A stretch of DNA of 64,000 nucleotides from assembly GCF_009914755.1 (NCBI RefSeq), contig NC_060926.1, one strand, 5' to 3'. This DNA is from the human T2T-CHM13v2.0 reference genome, Homo sapiens. Each line of letters begins with the position of its first letter. Position 1 is the first letter of the stretch. This document shows, piece by piece, positions 47,726 to 64,000 of the stretch. The translations under genes and the position numbers were made by a program. Under the pieces are notes generated by a model. That model had not been told where the DNA came from. It made no database searches and was given only the letters and a program-made list of their open reading frames with translations.

Positions 47726-48797
47726 TTGCCCAGGCTGGTCTCCAACTCCCGAGCTCAAGCAATCCTCCCCACTCAGCCTCCCAAATGCTGGTATTACAGG
47801 CAACAGCCCCCGTACCCGGCTTTTTTTTTTTTTTAAGTCAGGGTCTCACTCTGTCACCCAGGCTGGAATGCAGTGGTGCAATCACTGCTTGCTGTAACTT
47901 TGACCTCCCCCAGCTCAGGCTGTCCTGCCTCAGCCTCCTGAGTAGCTGGGACCACAGGCACGCACCACCACATCTGGCTAATAGTTTATTTTTAGTAGAG
48001 ACAAGGACTTACTATGTTGTCCAGGCTGGTCTCAAATTCCTGGGCTCAAGCGATCCTCCTGCCTCAGCCGCCCAAAGTGCTGAGGTTATAAGCCTGAGCC
48101 ACCGCAGCTGGCCTAAAAGAAGTTCTTAAGCTTCTCTCAGATACCCTCCCTGGGATTTTGAAGGGTAAGGGAGAGCCCCTGTGGGCTTGAGAAATGAATG
48201 TCACACATCACCCAGGCTTGAGGTCCTGAGAAATGTCATTACACCCCTGGGACCTCTGAATGCATCTTCATGCCAAGGCATCAGGATGAAGTTCTTTCCT
48301 CAATGCCTTAAATATTTCTTCAGTGAGGACCTCCTGTCCCCAGGACTGTTTTAGGAGCTGGCAGCACAATGATAAAGAAAGAAGCCACTGTTCCAGAAGG
48401 AACTCACAGTGGAGAGAGGCGTCTATAAACTTGTGAGAGTATCATCCAGAGGCCATAGGGAACATTTAAAAATGTGAAGGCAAGAAGTATTGTGATCAGG
48501 TTTGCACTCCGGAAGTCCTCACTATGTGAAAGCAAAGCTAGCCTTGTCCCTTACTGCCGGGAGCAAGGCATAGTCAGCTGCAATTTGTGTACAAAATCTC
48601 CATTACAATGTATTAGACCTGAGGGGGATTTCTCTGATATGAGACCTCTTTGAGAGAGAATCATCCAGGCTAGGTTTGTTTCTGTATACACCAGGAAGCA
48701 TACACTGAAGAAAACCTGCAACAGAATGGAGTTCGTTTTCCTCAGTTAGGAAAACAGGATGAGGAGTTGGAGTAGCAACAAACTCATCTTCTAATGA

Positions 48798-49139
<342 letters not shown>

Positions 49140-49329
49140 TAATTAACTTTCACCATTCCAACAGACAAACTAATTTGATTCCCTAACTATGAGAAATGGC
49201 CATAGCAACATCCTTTGTAAAATGTTTAGAAAATGTCAGATTTCTTAAAAATGCAAGGAATAATCCAGTCCAGGTGGCACTTGCCTGTAATCTCACCTAT
49301 CCTGGAGGCTGAAAAAGGAGAATCATTTG

Positions 49330-50257
<928 letters not shown>

Positions 50258-51030
50258 TCAGGGAATCAAAGTAATAAAACTGCCAGTGACAATGCAGCCA
50301 AGTGATTAGAAGAAAGCTGGTTGAAAATTTAAACACCCTTTTTACTCATTAATCTCCAACCACTGAAGACAAACAAAAAGCAAAATTAACATGATTGTAA
50401 ACTAAGCACTTGTGTCCTGTGGCTAGTGTTTTGGCCTGCTGAGAGAGAATGAGTTGATCAAAGCAAGTGAGTCCGCTAAGAACTGTGGGACCAGTGCTGC
50501 TTCGGGGAGTGCACAGCTAGGAACCATTAACCAGCATGTTTCAGGAATAGGTGAATACCGTAATTAATCTCGGCTTCAATTTGGAGGGAAGCAGAAAACC
50601 TACCTCCCTGTCCACTGAGTTTATACATTAATCCCCTGAGTTCTGGGGGAAAGTTTTAACATTGGAATAAAGACTTTTTCTGCCCTTCCTAATGTGTGGA
50701 GAACAAACGTTTGAGAAGGATGACTGAGTTCCTTAACTTCAGTAGTTAAGATGCCTCCTAGGAAAGCTGTGGATCGCTACCTTGTTTGGTTTGACGCATC
50801 TAAGCTCACAGAGCAAAGCCTCTTCCAATGAAGTTAGTGGGTTTTTTAATGCAAGAAAACAGGGAGCCTCACCTTACAAACATAAATCATGAAAATCCAG
50901 AGACTTGGAAGTTTTTCTGAGGGCAAACTCATCTAATCAATGGGCTCTTGAATTACTTAAAGCATATCCAGGACTTTACCGTTCTAGGTACAGGAAAATG
51001 AATAGATACCTGACTTTGCACCAAACTTTA

Positions 51031-51428
<398 letters not shown>

Positions 51429-51572
51429 TTAAACCATGCTGAATGAACTGGGTAACAAAATAAAAACCAAACCACGCAAGGGAATCTTTCCTCGGAGACA
51501 ACAAATTATCAACGTAAACCAGAGATGCTACAAGGTGCCCTCTGACATCCATAACATGGAGTGGTAGAGGCC

Positions 51573-54500
51573 TGTCAGATCCCAGGGCCTGGGTTCGGCC
51601 TATGCTGAAGTCCGAGGGGAGTGGGTGGATGAGCAGAAAGAATACTCAGGGGGCAGTAGGCAGGTGAGAGATGATTTTATTCAGCGGCGGCTCTCATCAG
51701 CAGCTTTCTCACACTGTCTCTCTCACACTGTCCACCCTGTCTCAGCTACTTGAGCTGGCAGCTCCCACACACAGGTATGACCAGCTCTCCTTTGCCTTCA
51801 GGGTCAGCGGCTTAACTTGTTCTCTCCCTGGGCACGAGCAAGCTGAGCTATGTCCTGGCTCCCTCCTATCTGTCTACAAGACAGACAGCTTTGGCTCTCT
51901 CTTTCTCTCTCTCTCTCTTTCTCGGCCACGTCAAGCCATGTTGAGCCAAACTGGGCCCCAAAGCCCCTGTACAGCATTAGCAGGGCAATTACACCTTTTA
52001 CAGACAATAGTAGCTCAGAGCCAAGTACGAACTTACACAAAGGTCATATAACAAGTGGAGGGCGTGCCAAACTTGCTGGGTCATCCAAGGCCTATCCTTG
52101 ACCAAAGCACATCCATATACCTTACCCTCCACCCCCTAGGCCAAGAGAGACATAGGGTTTGGGCACACAGGCCCGGTACACAGGCTTGACACACATAAGC
52201 TTTGGGCACAGAGGCCCAATATACATACACAGGCTTGACACATCAGACTGTCATACAGGCCTTAGACAGAGGCTCTGGTCACACAGGCCTATTACATACA
52301 TAAGCTTCAATAAATTGCCTATCATCACAGATTACCATAGCTGTCACCCTCTTGGAGATTATTCACACTGCCCTGAGTTTAGCTCATTAGCTACTCTGTC
52401 TACACCTGGTATCAAACCATATGGTGTTAGTACTAGGCTGGACTGCGCCAGGAGTCCAGGCAGCAATAGCACCCCAGCTAGACTTAGCATTGTACCATGC
52501 CTATTAGGAATGGGAGGATGCCCTTACTAATGGTGAAGGCTCAGGATCAAGGAGTGCCTCAGGCCCCATGACCTTATCTTGCATCAGGACTACAGGTCCT
52601 AAGGCTTCTTGTAACTCTGCTGCTAAGGGACTTGTACTCAGCATATTCTGCTGTTCTAAGTAGGCAGCCCACTTCACTAAAGTAGATGTCTGTGTTGTCC
52701 CAGTCCAGGGGATCATTACCTATGAACACACCCATCCTGCTACCAGGTAAGTTGTCTGCACGACAACTGTAACCCATCCTGCTATGTTCTTATGAGCCTG
52801 AAGGGCAGCATATGCAGTCACTAACTGCTTCTTTATTAATGAACACCGGAGCTCAGCTAACAGCTAACAGCCCACTGGCGCTTCCAAGTGCTCCATGCAT
52901 TGCTATAGACCCTATCCAAAACTATCTGTGGTTACATGTATATCTACATGAATGTGGTTACATGAATGGGCACCCTTGGTTTACTACCCAGAAAAGCTGT
53001 CTCAGCCTCATTATCCCATTCTCAGGCAAGAAGGGTGCTACTGCTTCTAAACCTGCAAGAAAATCAGAGGTTGGCATAACATTATTGATAGAATCATGAC
53101 GCATGGTGGGGCTATACATATAGCCCTGCGGCAACACTGTAAAAGTCCATTGTTGCCCTCCCATGAAGGCATACTGTTCCTGGCTCTCGGTGGACTGTCC
53201 CAGTTCCATTGTCAAGTGGTCCATCAAGTCCGTGACAGACAGCACAGCTACTAACCTGTGCAAAACATCCACCCCAGAATGTCTTCGGGTATGGAACAGA
53301 CATACACAGTGCCTAAGCAGAGAGCCAAGCGGCTGAAGCCAAGATGTAGAGATACAGGTTTCACTTTCACTGACCAGTCTTCATAGCCGTCAATAAATGT
53401 GGCTCTGCCCAGAAACTTACCCAGGTTCAGGGACCAGTGGATTGCCAAGTCCACAGGTAGCTCTGGTTGTCCAGTAACCCCTCAGCCATGCATCTTGGCC
53501 AGTCTCTTATCAAACAGAAAAGGCTTTACACTTCTGCCTGACTGCAGCAGGTACTCTCTAAACTGGAACGCTCAGGCAGGAGCGGGTTGCACATTGGGAA
53601 GAAGGAATGTCCTTCTCCTGAATGATTTGCACTAAATCTGTATATGACTGCCGACATTACTTGCCTCACCCCCACAACTCAGCAGGGGCACAGACACCAC
53701 AGGAAATGTGCTTCACCACGGTAGTGGGGTGTGTCTCTCGGCCCACTCTTGGGGCCTAACAGCTGCTCATGCCATATTTCCTGGCAGACCACAGGGCTAG
53801 CCTGCCACAGAGGTTCTTCCTCCTTCCTGCATCCCACATGGACTGGGCATGCACTTCCTGCCGCACAGTCACAAATGCCCATCTGACTCTGCCGGTAAAG
53901 GCATGCTTCTTCTCAGTGCTGTGTAATTCCAGGTGCTTCAGCGCCTTCTCCACACTTGCAGGGGACCCATCCATTGCCTCCCATGTTTCCACTGGGGCTC
54001 ATCCAAGCACCACTGCTGCCACCCAGTTCCACAGCCCATGCCACGGCCACATAGCCAACTCAGGAGCCCTCAGGGGCTGAAGACCCACTCATCTCATCCC
54101 ATACTTGTCAATTTTCAGATCCTGGGGTCCGGGCCCAGCCCATACTGAAGTCCGAGGGGAATGGATGGATGAGCAGAAATACTCAGGGGGCCGTAGGCAG
54201 GTGAGAGATTATTTTATTCAGCAGTAGCTGTCATCGACAGCTTTCTCACGCTGTCTCTCTCACACTGTCCACCCTGTCTCAGCTGCTTGAGTTGGCAGCT
54301 TCCACACACAGCTGTGTGGCCGGCTCTCCTTTGCCTTCAGGGCAACAGCTTGTTCTCTCTCTCGGCACAAGCAAGCAGAGCTGTATCCTGGCTCCCTCCT
54401 GTCTGTCTGCAAGACGGACACCTTTGGCTGTCTCTCTCTTTCTCTGGGCCCCAGAGCACCTGCCATGTCAAGCCATGTTGAGCCAAGCCGAGCCCTAAGG

Positions 54501-54692
54501 GCTCCTATACAGCATTAGCAGGGCAATTATATCTTTTACAGACAACAGTGGCTCAGAGCTAAGTATGAATTTACACAAACAGGTTATACAATAAGTGGAG
54601 GTGTGTGCCTGCACACCAAACTCAACTGAGTCAAGTGGGCCGGACGTCTGCCTCAGCCTATCCTTGACCAAAGAACATTTATATACCTTACA
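51573..54692 (-). mobile_element. Internally deleted endogenous retrovirus, HERVL18/HERV-S (LTR18)-like: 5' LTR 54113-54692, ~2 kb internal region, 3' LTR 51573-52126
   Basis: Two ~550-580 bp direct repeats. Gag-like remnant (ETWEAMDGSPASVEKALKHLE, 53992-53756), a possible protease-region remnant (53454-53251) and the RT motif QWTFTVLPQGYMYSPT (53272-52958). Polypurine tract AGGGGGTGGAG precedes the 3' LTR. Confidence 0.9.
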
Positions 54693-56394
54693 CTCTACCC
54701 CCCTGTCACAGGGGGCTAAAAGAAAAGTTTGTTGACAGTCCTTTTAGGAATTGCAACACTTGGATGTCCTTTCCTCTTCTGACACCCTTAGTGGTGGTTC
54801 TGAGGTCTCAACGAGGCACAAATTAGCCATCTAAGTATAAAACCTTAAAGGAGAGAGTCCTTTTCCTAGCAATCCTACTCACATTAGAAACATGGCTTCA
54901 GCTATCACTCTACCTTCCCCATTCTACTCTGCTCCTCCCTCACAATTTTATAAGAATTCTACTACATTTCTGAGATTTCACTACTGCCAGCTTTATTCTT
55001 TTTTATTTTATCTGGATCTGATGTCCTACCATTAAAATTTTTATTGGGAGTCCAGGTGCAGTGGCTCATGGCTGTAATCCCAGCACTTTGGGAGGCTGAG
55101 GCAGGTGGATCACTTGAGCCCAAGAGTTAGAGACCAGCATGGGCAACATAGGGAGATCTCATCTCTACAAAAACTAAAAAACTAAAAATAAATAAAAAAA
55201 ATTAGCCTGGCATGGTTGCACATGTGTGGTCCCAGCTACCCTTGGAGGCTGAGGTGGGAGGATTACTTGAGCCACGGAGGCAGAGGTTGCAGTAAGCCAT
55301 AATCACACCACTGCACTCCAGGAAGACCTTGTCTCAAAAAGAAAAATTGGTTGGGGATCCACATCAATTTCTGACAACATCCAGCTCAGCTCCTATTTGT
55401 TCAAAATCGACCAAGTAAGACCAGACATGAATCCTCTTGGAGCCCATTTAACAATATGTATTTTTCATTTTATTTGGGTTGTTCAAAGTGAGTAGGGATT
55501 CCCTTCATGGTTGCCACCCATTGTGCAACAGGGCTTGGGATGAATTTCACATGGTCATTCAGCTTGAGTTAAGGAACAGGCTTTAATGGAGAAACATACA
55601 AGCCAAGGGTCACCAAGAGAGGACATAGTCGCAGACTCTCCCATCATCCCAGAGGGTTGCTAAGGCTATGTGCTATATGTGTTCCAATGGAAGGATGTGT
55701 GCCCCCTGAGATGACACCCTCTTAAAATGTGTCAGAATGTGGACACAGAGACTATTTAGAGCCAGCGTGGCTGAGTTTAGCTGCCAGCTGTTTAGTTGTC
55801 TGGGAAAGCCAGCAACCCAGCAGAAAGCCATCCTGGGAGAAGCTAAGTGCAGGCTCCCTCCTGTTGATAGAAGGGGAGACCTTAGCCCCACCTGGCACAA
55901 CATGCAGGCAACCCTAGCACTAGCTCCCAAGATTGTTTTTGGAGGATCCTACTGTCAAGTAGGATCACCACGCTTTTCTATTCATTCTTTAAAAAGTGCT
56001 CACAGCCCACCATATTGACCTGCTAATGACCAGTGCAAGCAATACCATGCTACAATAATCTGCCGAAAAAAAGAAATTCTCCAAGTCAATGAAAGAGTCC
56101 AGAGATGAAAAAGTTTCAATGGAGTAATTGTATAACATTCAGACACATCAGAATATTTATTAAGTTAGTGAGGGAGAAGGCAAGGTAGACATAGTCTATC
56201 AGTTGGGGCAAAAGATGGAGAAATGATGAGATAAAGGCAGATATAAGAGAGAAAATAATAGTTGAATTCATTCAATGAATATTTATTGAGCAGCTGTGCT
56301 AAGTTCTGAGGATGACCCAGTGTACAAGACTGAGATGGTCCCTGTCCTACAGACAAGTAAACAACCCAGTAGATAGTTACAAAAGTTAAGATAA

Positions 56395-56694
<300 letters not shown>

Positions 56695-57720
56695 TAATAA
56701 TTTTTAAAGATTTTTCTCCATGAATTACTTGTACTAACATTTTAACATTCTTCCATGTTGCAATTCTGTTTATCTGAATGAACTTTTAAAAAATAAAAGA
56801 GCCAATGAATGGAATAGAAGCAGTAATACTTTTTATAGCAGAACAACAACAACAAAAAAGAATGTATCTAATCTTTAAAAAAATACTCAGAAAAAAAGAA
56901 TGTTTAGCTTGTTCTGTACACATTTCTAGGAAAAAGGCCTAATTTGGAGGAATTTTTAAACTTCAAAAATAAGAATTTCACTGGGCACACTGGCTAATGC
57001 CTGTAACCCCAGCATTTCAGGAGGCTGAGGTGGGAGAATCACTTGAGGCCAGGAATTCAAAACTAGCCTGGGCAGCATGGCAAGACCGGTCCCTACTAAA
57101 AATGAAAAAAAAAAAAATTAACCAGGCATGGTGGTGTGCACCTATAGTCTTAGCTACTCTGGAGGCTGAGTCAGGAGAATCTGAGGCAAGAAGATCGCTT
57201 GAGTCCCAGTTGTTAAGTCTGCAGTGAGCCATGATCATGCCACTGCACTCCAGCCTGGCCAGCAAAGCAAGACCCTGTCTCAAAAAAGGAAGAATCTTTA
57301 CAATGTCTAAGATACAACAGCTAATAATAAAACATCTATCAAGCTCTGAAGAAAATGTTATCATGTAGTAGAAGGGCATTTTCAAATAAGCCAGAAGAAA
57401 ATGTATCCCTTTTCTGAATAAGCTGCCATTCTAGAGCAGGAAATGATCAAAAGAAAAAATTCAAGAATAGGAAAGTTGTAGCTGGAAGAGATTGGCAGTG
57501 AGCACTGAAAACAGTTCATCTGTAGAGATGAGTGTTGATAATTAGTTATATATACATATACATAGTTATACCAATAGGAAAATGGACAAAATATATGAAT
57601 AGGCAATCCACAGAGTAAGAAATATAAATGGCTGGTAAAATATGAAAGATATTCACCACTGGTAAAATATGAAAGATGCTCACCTTTCACCACTGATGAG
57701 GGATCTGCAAGTTAAAATCA

Positions 57721-58053
<333 letters not shown>

Positions 58054-58373
58054 CTACCTCAAAGAAAAAAAAAAATTAATAGAACCAGCCGCTTGACAGA
58101 GGCATTTATTGGCCAAAGTTGGGACGATTTTAGCATCAAAAGAACAATGCCTGTAACAAATTGAAACACACTGACTATATAAAAATCCATGAGTCGGGCC
58201 AGGCGCGATGACTCACACCTGTAATCCCCCAGCACTTTGGGAGGCAGAGGTGGGCAGATCACTTGAGGTCAGGAGTTTGAGACCAGTGTGGCCAATATGG
58301 CAAAAACCTATCTCTACTAAAAATACAAACTTAGCCAGGCATGTTGACACATGCCTGTACTCCCAGCTACTCA

Positions 58374-58523
<150 letters not shown>

Positions 58524-59296
58524 TTAAAAAAAGAGGAGGAGGAGTAAAACAAGCAAGCAAATAAACGAAAACTTTTCTACAGGTGGCCATTCCACCAAGT
58601 TCTTATCTGAAAGGGGAAAGAATTAGGTTATTTGCAGTAACCTATTGCGGAGTAGCCTAATAGCGCAGTTGATGAGCAAGAGCCCTTCTTTCCTGAAAAA
58701 GGCTAGCTATCAATGTAGACAGAATTGAAAAAAAAAAAAAACACAATTTGCAATCCCTAGGGAAATAATTAATTAAGCCACGAATTGTCAATGGATGCTG
58801 AAACAATTAGGTGAAAGGTTGGGAGCTGTATATTTATCTGGTGCTAAAGTTATCACCCTGCAGTTTACTAAGGAGTTCTAAGATGATTGTCACCACACAG
58901 ACCCAGTGATCAATCTTAATATCATTAATAATGGGATAAACAGAGCTTCACTATGTGCCTTCCAGTATGATGCAGTATTTAGCCTGAATCTAATCAAGCC
59001 TTTAGATCCAACTTCCATTAATAGAAAATACTGAGGTTATTGTTAAATGACACCACAAGGAAACAACCAGAAACATCTAGAAGTTGGAACATTCTAAGGA
59101 AATACTAGTCTACTCTCTACAAATCAATGTCACAGGAAAAATAAAAAGCTAGGGAGAAAGTCTGTTCTAGATTAAAATATATTTCAGGATGTTGATAATG
59201 GAGGAGGCTATGCATGTCTTGGGGGAGGCAGCACATGGGAAATACTTGTTTTTTTCTCAATTTTGCTATGAACCTAAAACTGCTCTTAAAAAATAA

Positions 59297-59492
<196 letters not shown>

Positions 59493-60011
59493 TAAGGAAA
59501 AAAAAGCCATTTCAGAGACCCAACAACCAAATGCAATCATACTTCTTGATTGGATCACACTATAAACAAGCTTGGTGCAAAAGATATTTGGGCAACAAGT
59601 GGAAATACTTGAGTGTATTAATATTATTATGGTTGTACAGGAAAGTGTTCTCATTAGATATGCATATCAAAATATTTAGGAGTAAAATTTTATGTGTTTA
59701 CTTAAAAAGATTTCACTGAAAAATGTGTGAAACATGACCAAATGCTAAAAAAATTCTACATGATGGGTATATGGTGTTAATTATATTATTCTCTCTACTT
59801 TTTCTGTATATTTATAGTTTTTTTATAAGCATAAAAACTTTTTTTTTAAATAGAGTTGTGGTTTTGCAGTTGTCCAGGCTGGTCTCAACTCCTGAGCTTA
59901 AGGGATCCTCCTGCCTTAGTCTCCTAAAGTACTGGGATTGCAACCATAAGCCACCACAACCAGCCAAATTAAAAAGTTGTTTTTTGGGTTTTTTTGTTTG
60001 TTTGTTTTTGA

Positions 60012-60355
<344 letters not shown>

Positions 60356-60758
60356 TGAGACAGTATCCCTCTGTTACCCAGGCTGGAGTGTACTGGCTCA
60401 CTGCAACTTCCACTTCCGGGTTCACTCAATTCTTGTGCCTCAGCCTCCCAACTGGCTGGGATTACAGACGTGCACTACCATGACCAGCTAATTTTTGTAT
60501 TTTTAGTAGAGGTCAGGTTTCACCCTGTTGGCCAGGATGGTCTGGAACTCCTGGCCTCAAGTGATTCACGCGCTTCAGCCTCTCAAAATGCTGGGATTAC
60601 AGGCCGGAGCCACCACGTGGAGCCACCATGTCCAGCCATAAAAAAAAAAAAAAAAGATATTTGGCCAGGTGCAGTGGCTCATGCGTGTAATCCTAGCACT
60701 TTGGGAGGCCAAGGAGGGTGGATCACATGAGGTCAGGAGTTTGAGACCAGCCTGGTCA

Positions 60759-61077
<319 letters not shown>

Positions 61078-61565
61078 TTACAATATACATGTCAGCGGGG
61101 CGAGGTAGCTCGCGCCTGTAATCCCAGCACTTTAAGAGGCCTAGGCGGATACATCACTTGAGGAAAGGAGTTTGAGACCAACCTAGCTAACATGGTGAAA
61201 CTCCATCTCTACTAAAAATACAAAAATTAGCCAGGTATGGTAGCGCGCACCTGTAATCCCAGCCACTGGGGAGGCTGAGGCAGGAGAATGGCTTCAACCC
61301 AGGAGATGGACATTGCAGTGAGCCAGGATCACAGCACTGCACTCCAGCTTGGGCAACAGAGGGAGAGTCTGTCTCAAAAATAAAATACAGGCCGGGCACG
61401 GTGGCTCACGCCTGTAATCTCAGCACTTTGGGAGGCCGAGGCAGGCGGATCACCTGAGGTCAGGAGTTCAAGACCAGCCTGGCCAACATGGCAAAATGCT
61501 GTCTCTACTAAAAATACAAAAATTAGCTGGGCATAGTGGCGGGCACCTGTAAACCCAGCTACTCA

Positions 61566-61730
<165 letters not shown>

Positions 61731-62057
61731 TTAACAAATACAGTTACAATATACACTGCAAATAAGAAAAATGTCCTTATTGAAATTGGGGTTGGGAAAA
61801 ATACAGTATCCTTATTGAGATGGGGGTTAGGGACTGTCATTAAATCCCAGGTAGATTAACAAAGACAGGAAAATGGGAAGAAAAGCAATTGATTAAAACA
61901 CCGTGGCCGGGCATGGTGGCTCACGCCTGTAATCCCAGCACTTTGGGAGGCTGAGGCTGGCGGATCACGAGGTCAGGAGTTCAAGACTAGCCTGACCAAT
62001 ATGGTGAAACCCTGTCTGTACTAAAAATACAAAAATTAGGCTGGAAGCGGTGGCTCA

Positions 62058-62336
<279 letters not shown>

Positions 62337-63101
62337 TCACATCTGTAATCCTAGCACTTTGGGAAGCCGAGGTGGGCGGATTACCTGATGACAGGAGTTT
62401 GAGACTAGCTGGCCCACATGGTGAAACCCCGTCTGTACTAAAAATACAAAAATATAGCTGGACGTGGTGGTGCATGCCTGTAATCCCACCTACTCAGGAG
62501 GCTGAGCAGAGATCACGCCACTGCACCCCAGCCTGGGCAACAGAGCGAGACTCCATCTCAAAAAAACCTCTGCCTCTCAGGTTCACGCAATTCTCCTGCC
62601 TCACCCTGCTGAGTAGCCGGGATCACAGGCGCACCACGCACCCAGCTAGTTTTTCTATTTTTAGTAGAGATGGGGTTTCACCATGTTGGCCAGGCTGGTC
62701 TCGAACTCCTGACCTCAAGTGATCCACCCGCCTCAGCCTCCCAAAATGTTAGGATTACAGGTGTGATCCACCACACCAGGCCACATCAGGTTTTTGTTGT
62801 TGCTTTTAAGTAGAGATGGGTTTTTGCCATGTTGGCCAGGCTGGTCTTAATAGAACTCATGGCCTCAAGTGATCCACCAGCCTTGGCGTCACAAAGCACT
62901 GGGATTGCAGGCAAGAGCCACTGCACCTTGCTCAGGTTTTCAAAAATATGTTTTGTAGTTTTTATTTATTTATTTATTTATTTATTTTTTTGAGACAGGG
63001 TCTCCTTCTATCACTCTGGCTGGAATGCAGTGGTGCCATCCTGGTTTCCTGCAGCCTCCACGTCCTGGACTCAAAGAGATCCTCCCACCCCAGCCTCCTG
63101 A

Positions 63102-63281
<180 letters not shown>

Positions 63282-63759
63282 TAAATATTTTTTACTGAAT
63301 TAATCAGCAAGTAATCTCCTCTATTTACTGTGACTCTGAGTTATGTTCAAGAGCAAGCAGTTCTTGACTTCCTTTTCTTTGTAATGATTTAGTGCTTGAA
63401 ATTACTTCTACCTTTCAGCATTTTAAAATTGGTTATTATTTTCTCATTTTCATCCCCACACTCACATCGAACATGATCTCCACTATTTAAAAGTGTAAGA
63501 TTTTTGTTTCAGCCTGGGATTTATCCTGTTGCAAACTGCTAGCTACTATTTTCAACCTCTGTCAGCTAAATGCCAGAATGTCACTAATCAAAGGTGGTAC
63601 TTAGGGGTGAAGTGAACAGTTAAGCCTCCAATTTACAAGCTTGTTTTTCCCTGGGATACTTGTGTGAAAGTCGTATGTTCCTGGGTGTGACCCTTTCGAG
63701 ACAAAATCTCAACTGGTGAGTTAATTATGTATAACTATAATTAAATCAAAGATGTAGGA

Positions 63760-64000
63760 TAACGGAGGCGTTGAAATAGTTTTTGCTAGGCAAGGGTGTG
63801 ACCTTTTTAAAAAATGTATGATATATGCTGCCATTCGAGAGGCAAGGAAAACATATCTCCAAATTTCCTTCCAAGCGGTCTACCGGCATTGACAGTACCG
63901 CGGACAAAGGAGAGTACCAAATAAATACTCCTTCGAACCAACGGTATACTGAGAGCCCTGAGCTTGTGGGCGGGGCCCCGGAGCCTCCCGGGACCTAAAG
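63760..64000. promoter_or_regulatory. Probable edge of a CpG-island promoter of a gene beyond the window
   Basis: Non-repeat sequence with sharply rising CpG content (GCGGTCTACCGG, ACCGCGG, CCCCGGAGCCTCCCGGG) and a GC box GGGCGGGG at ~63968-63975. Confidence 0.55.

Noticed and set aside
52504-53992. Intact or domesticated retroviral gag/pol gene
   Set aside because: Only short fragments of about 105 aa or less remain, in shifting frames with large deletions.

Overview
This is primate (most likely human) intergenic DNA. It is very Alu-dense: I count roughly 90-100 Alu copies or fragments by eye, interleaved with L1, L2/MIR, a Charlie DNA transposon and about a dozen LTR/ERV elements. I see no intact protein-coding gene. 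There are three retroposed pseudogenes: RPL26 (+, ~19.3-19.8 kb), U6 snRNA (+, ~27.5 kb) and a near-full-length ATP1B3 retrocopy (-, ~42.2-43.7 kb). An internally deleted two-LTR HERVL18/HERV-S-type provirus lies at 51.6-54.7 kb (-). The last ~250 bp look like the edge of a CpG-island promoter. From recall, not a database search, this combination fits human 2p16.1 between BCL11A and PAPOLG. Almost all ORFs in the supplied track are Alu-derived noise. I found no support for a new multi-gene biological system. The notable signals are structural: a provirus with abnormal ends, a VNTR-expanded CpG-rich pseudogene 5' end, solo LTRs inserted inside Alus, deeply nested insertions, an inverted LTR pair, an unexplained 65-bp dispersed repeat and a CTCF-like site. 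Repeat family names come from recalled consensus sequences and need Dfam/RepeatMasker confirmation; many boundaries are approximate.
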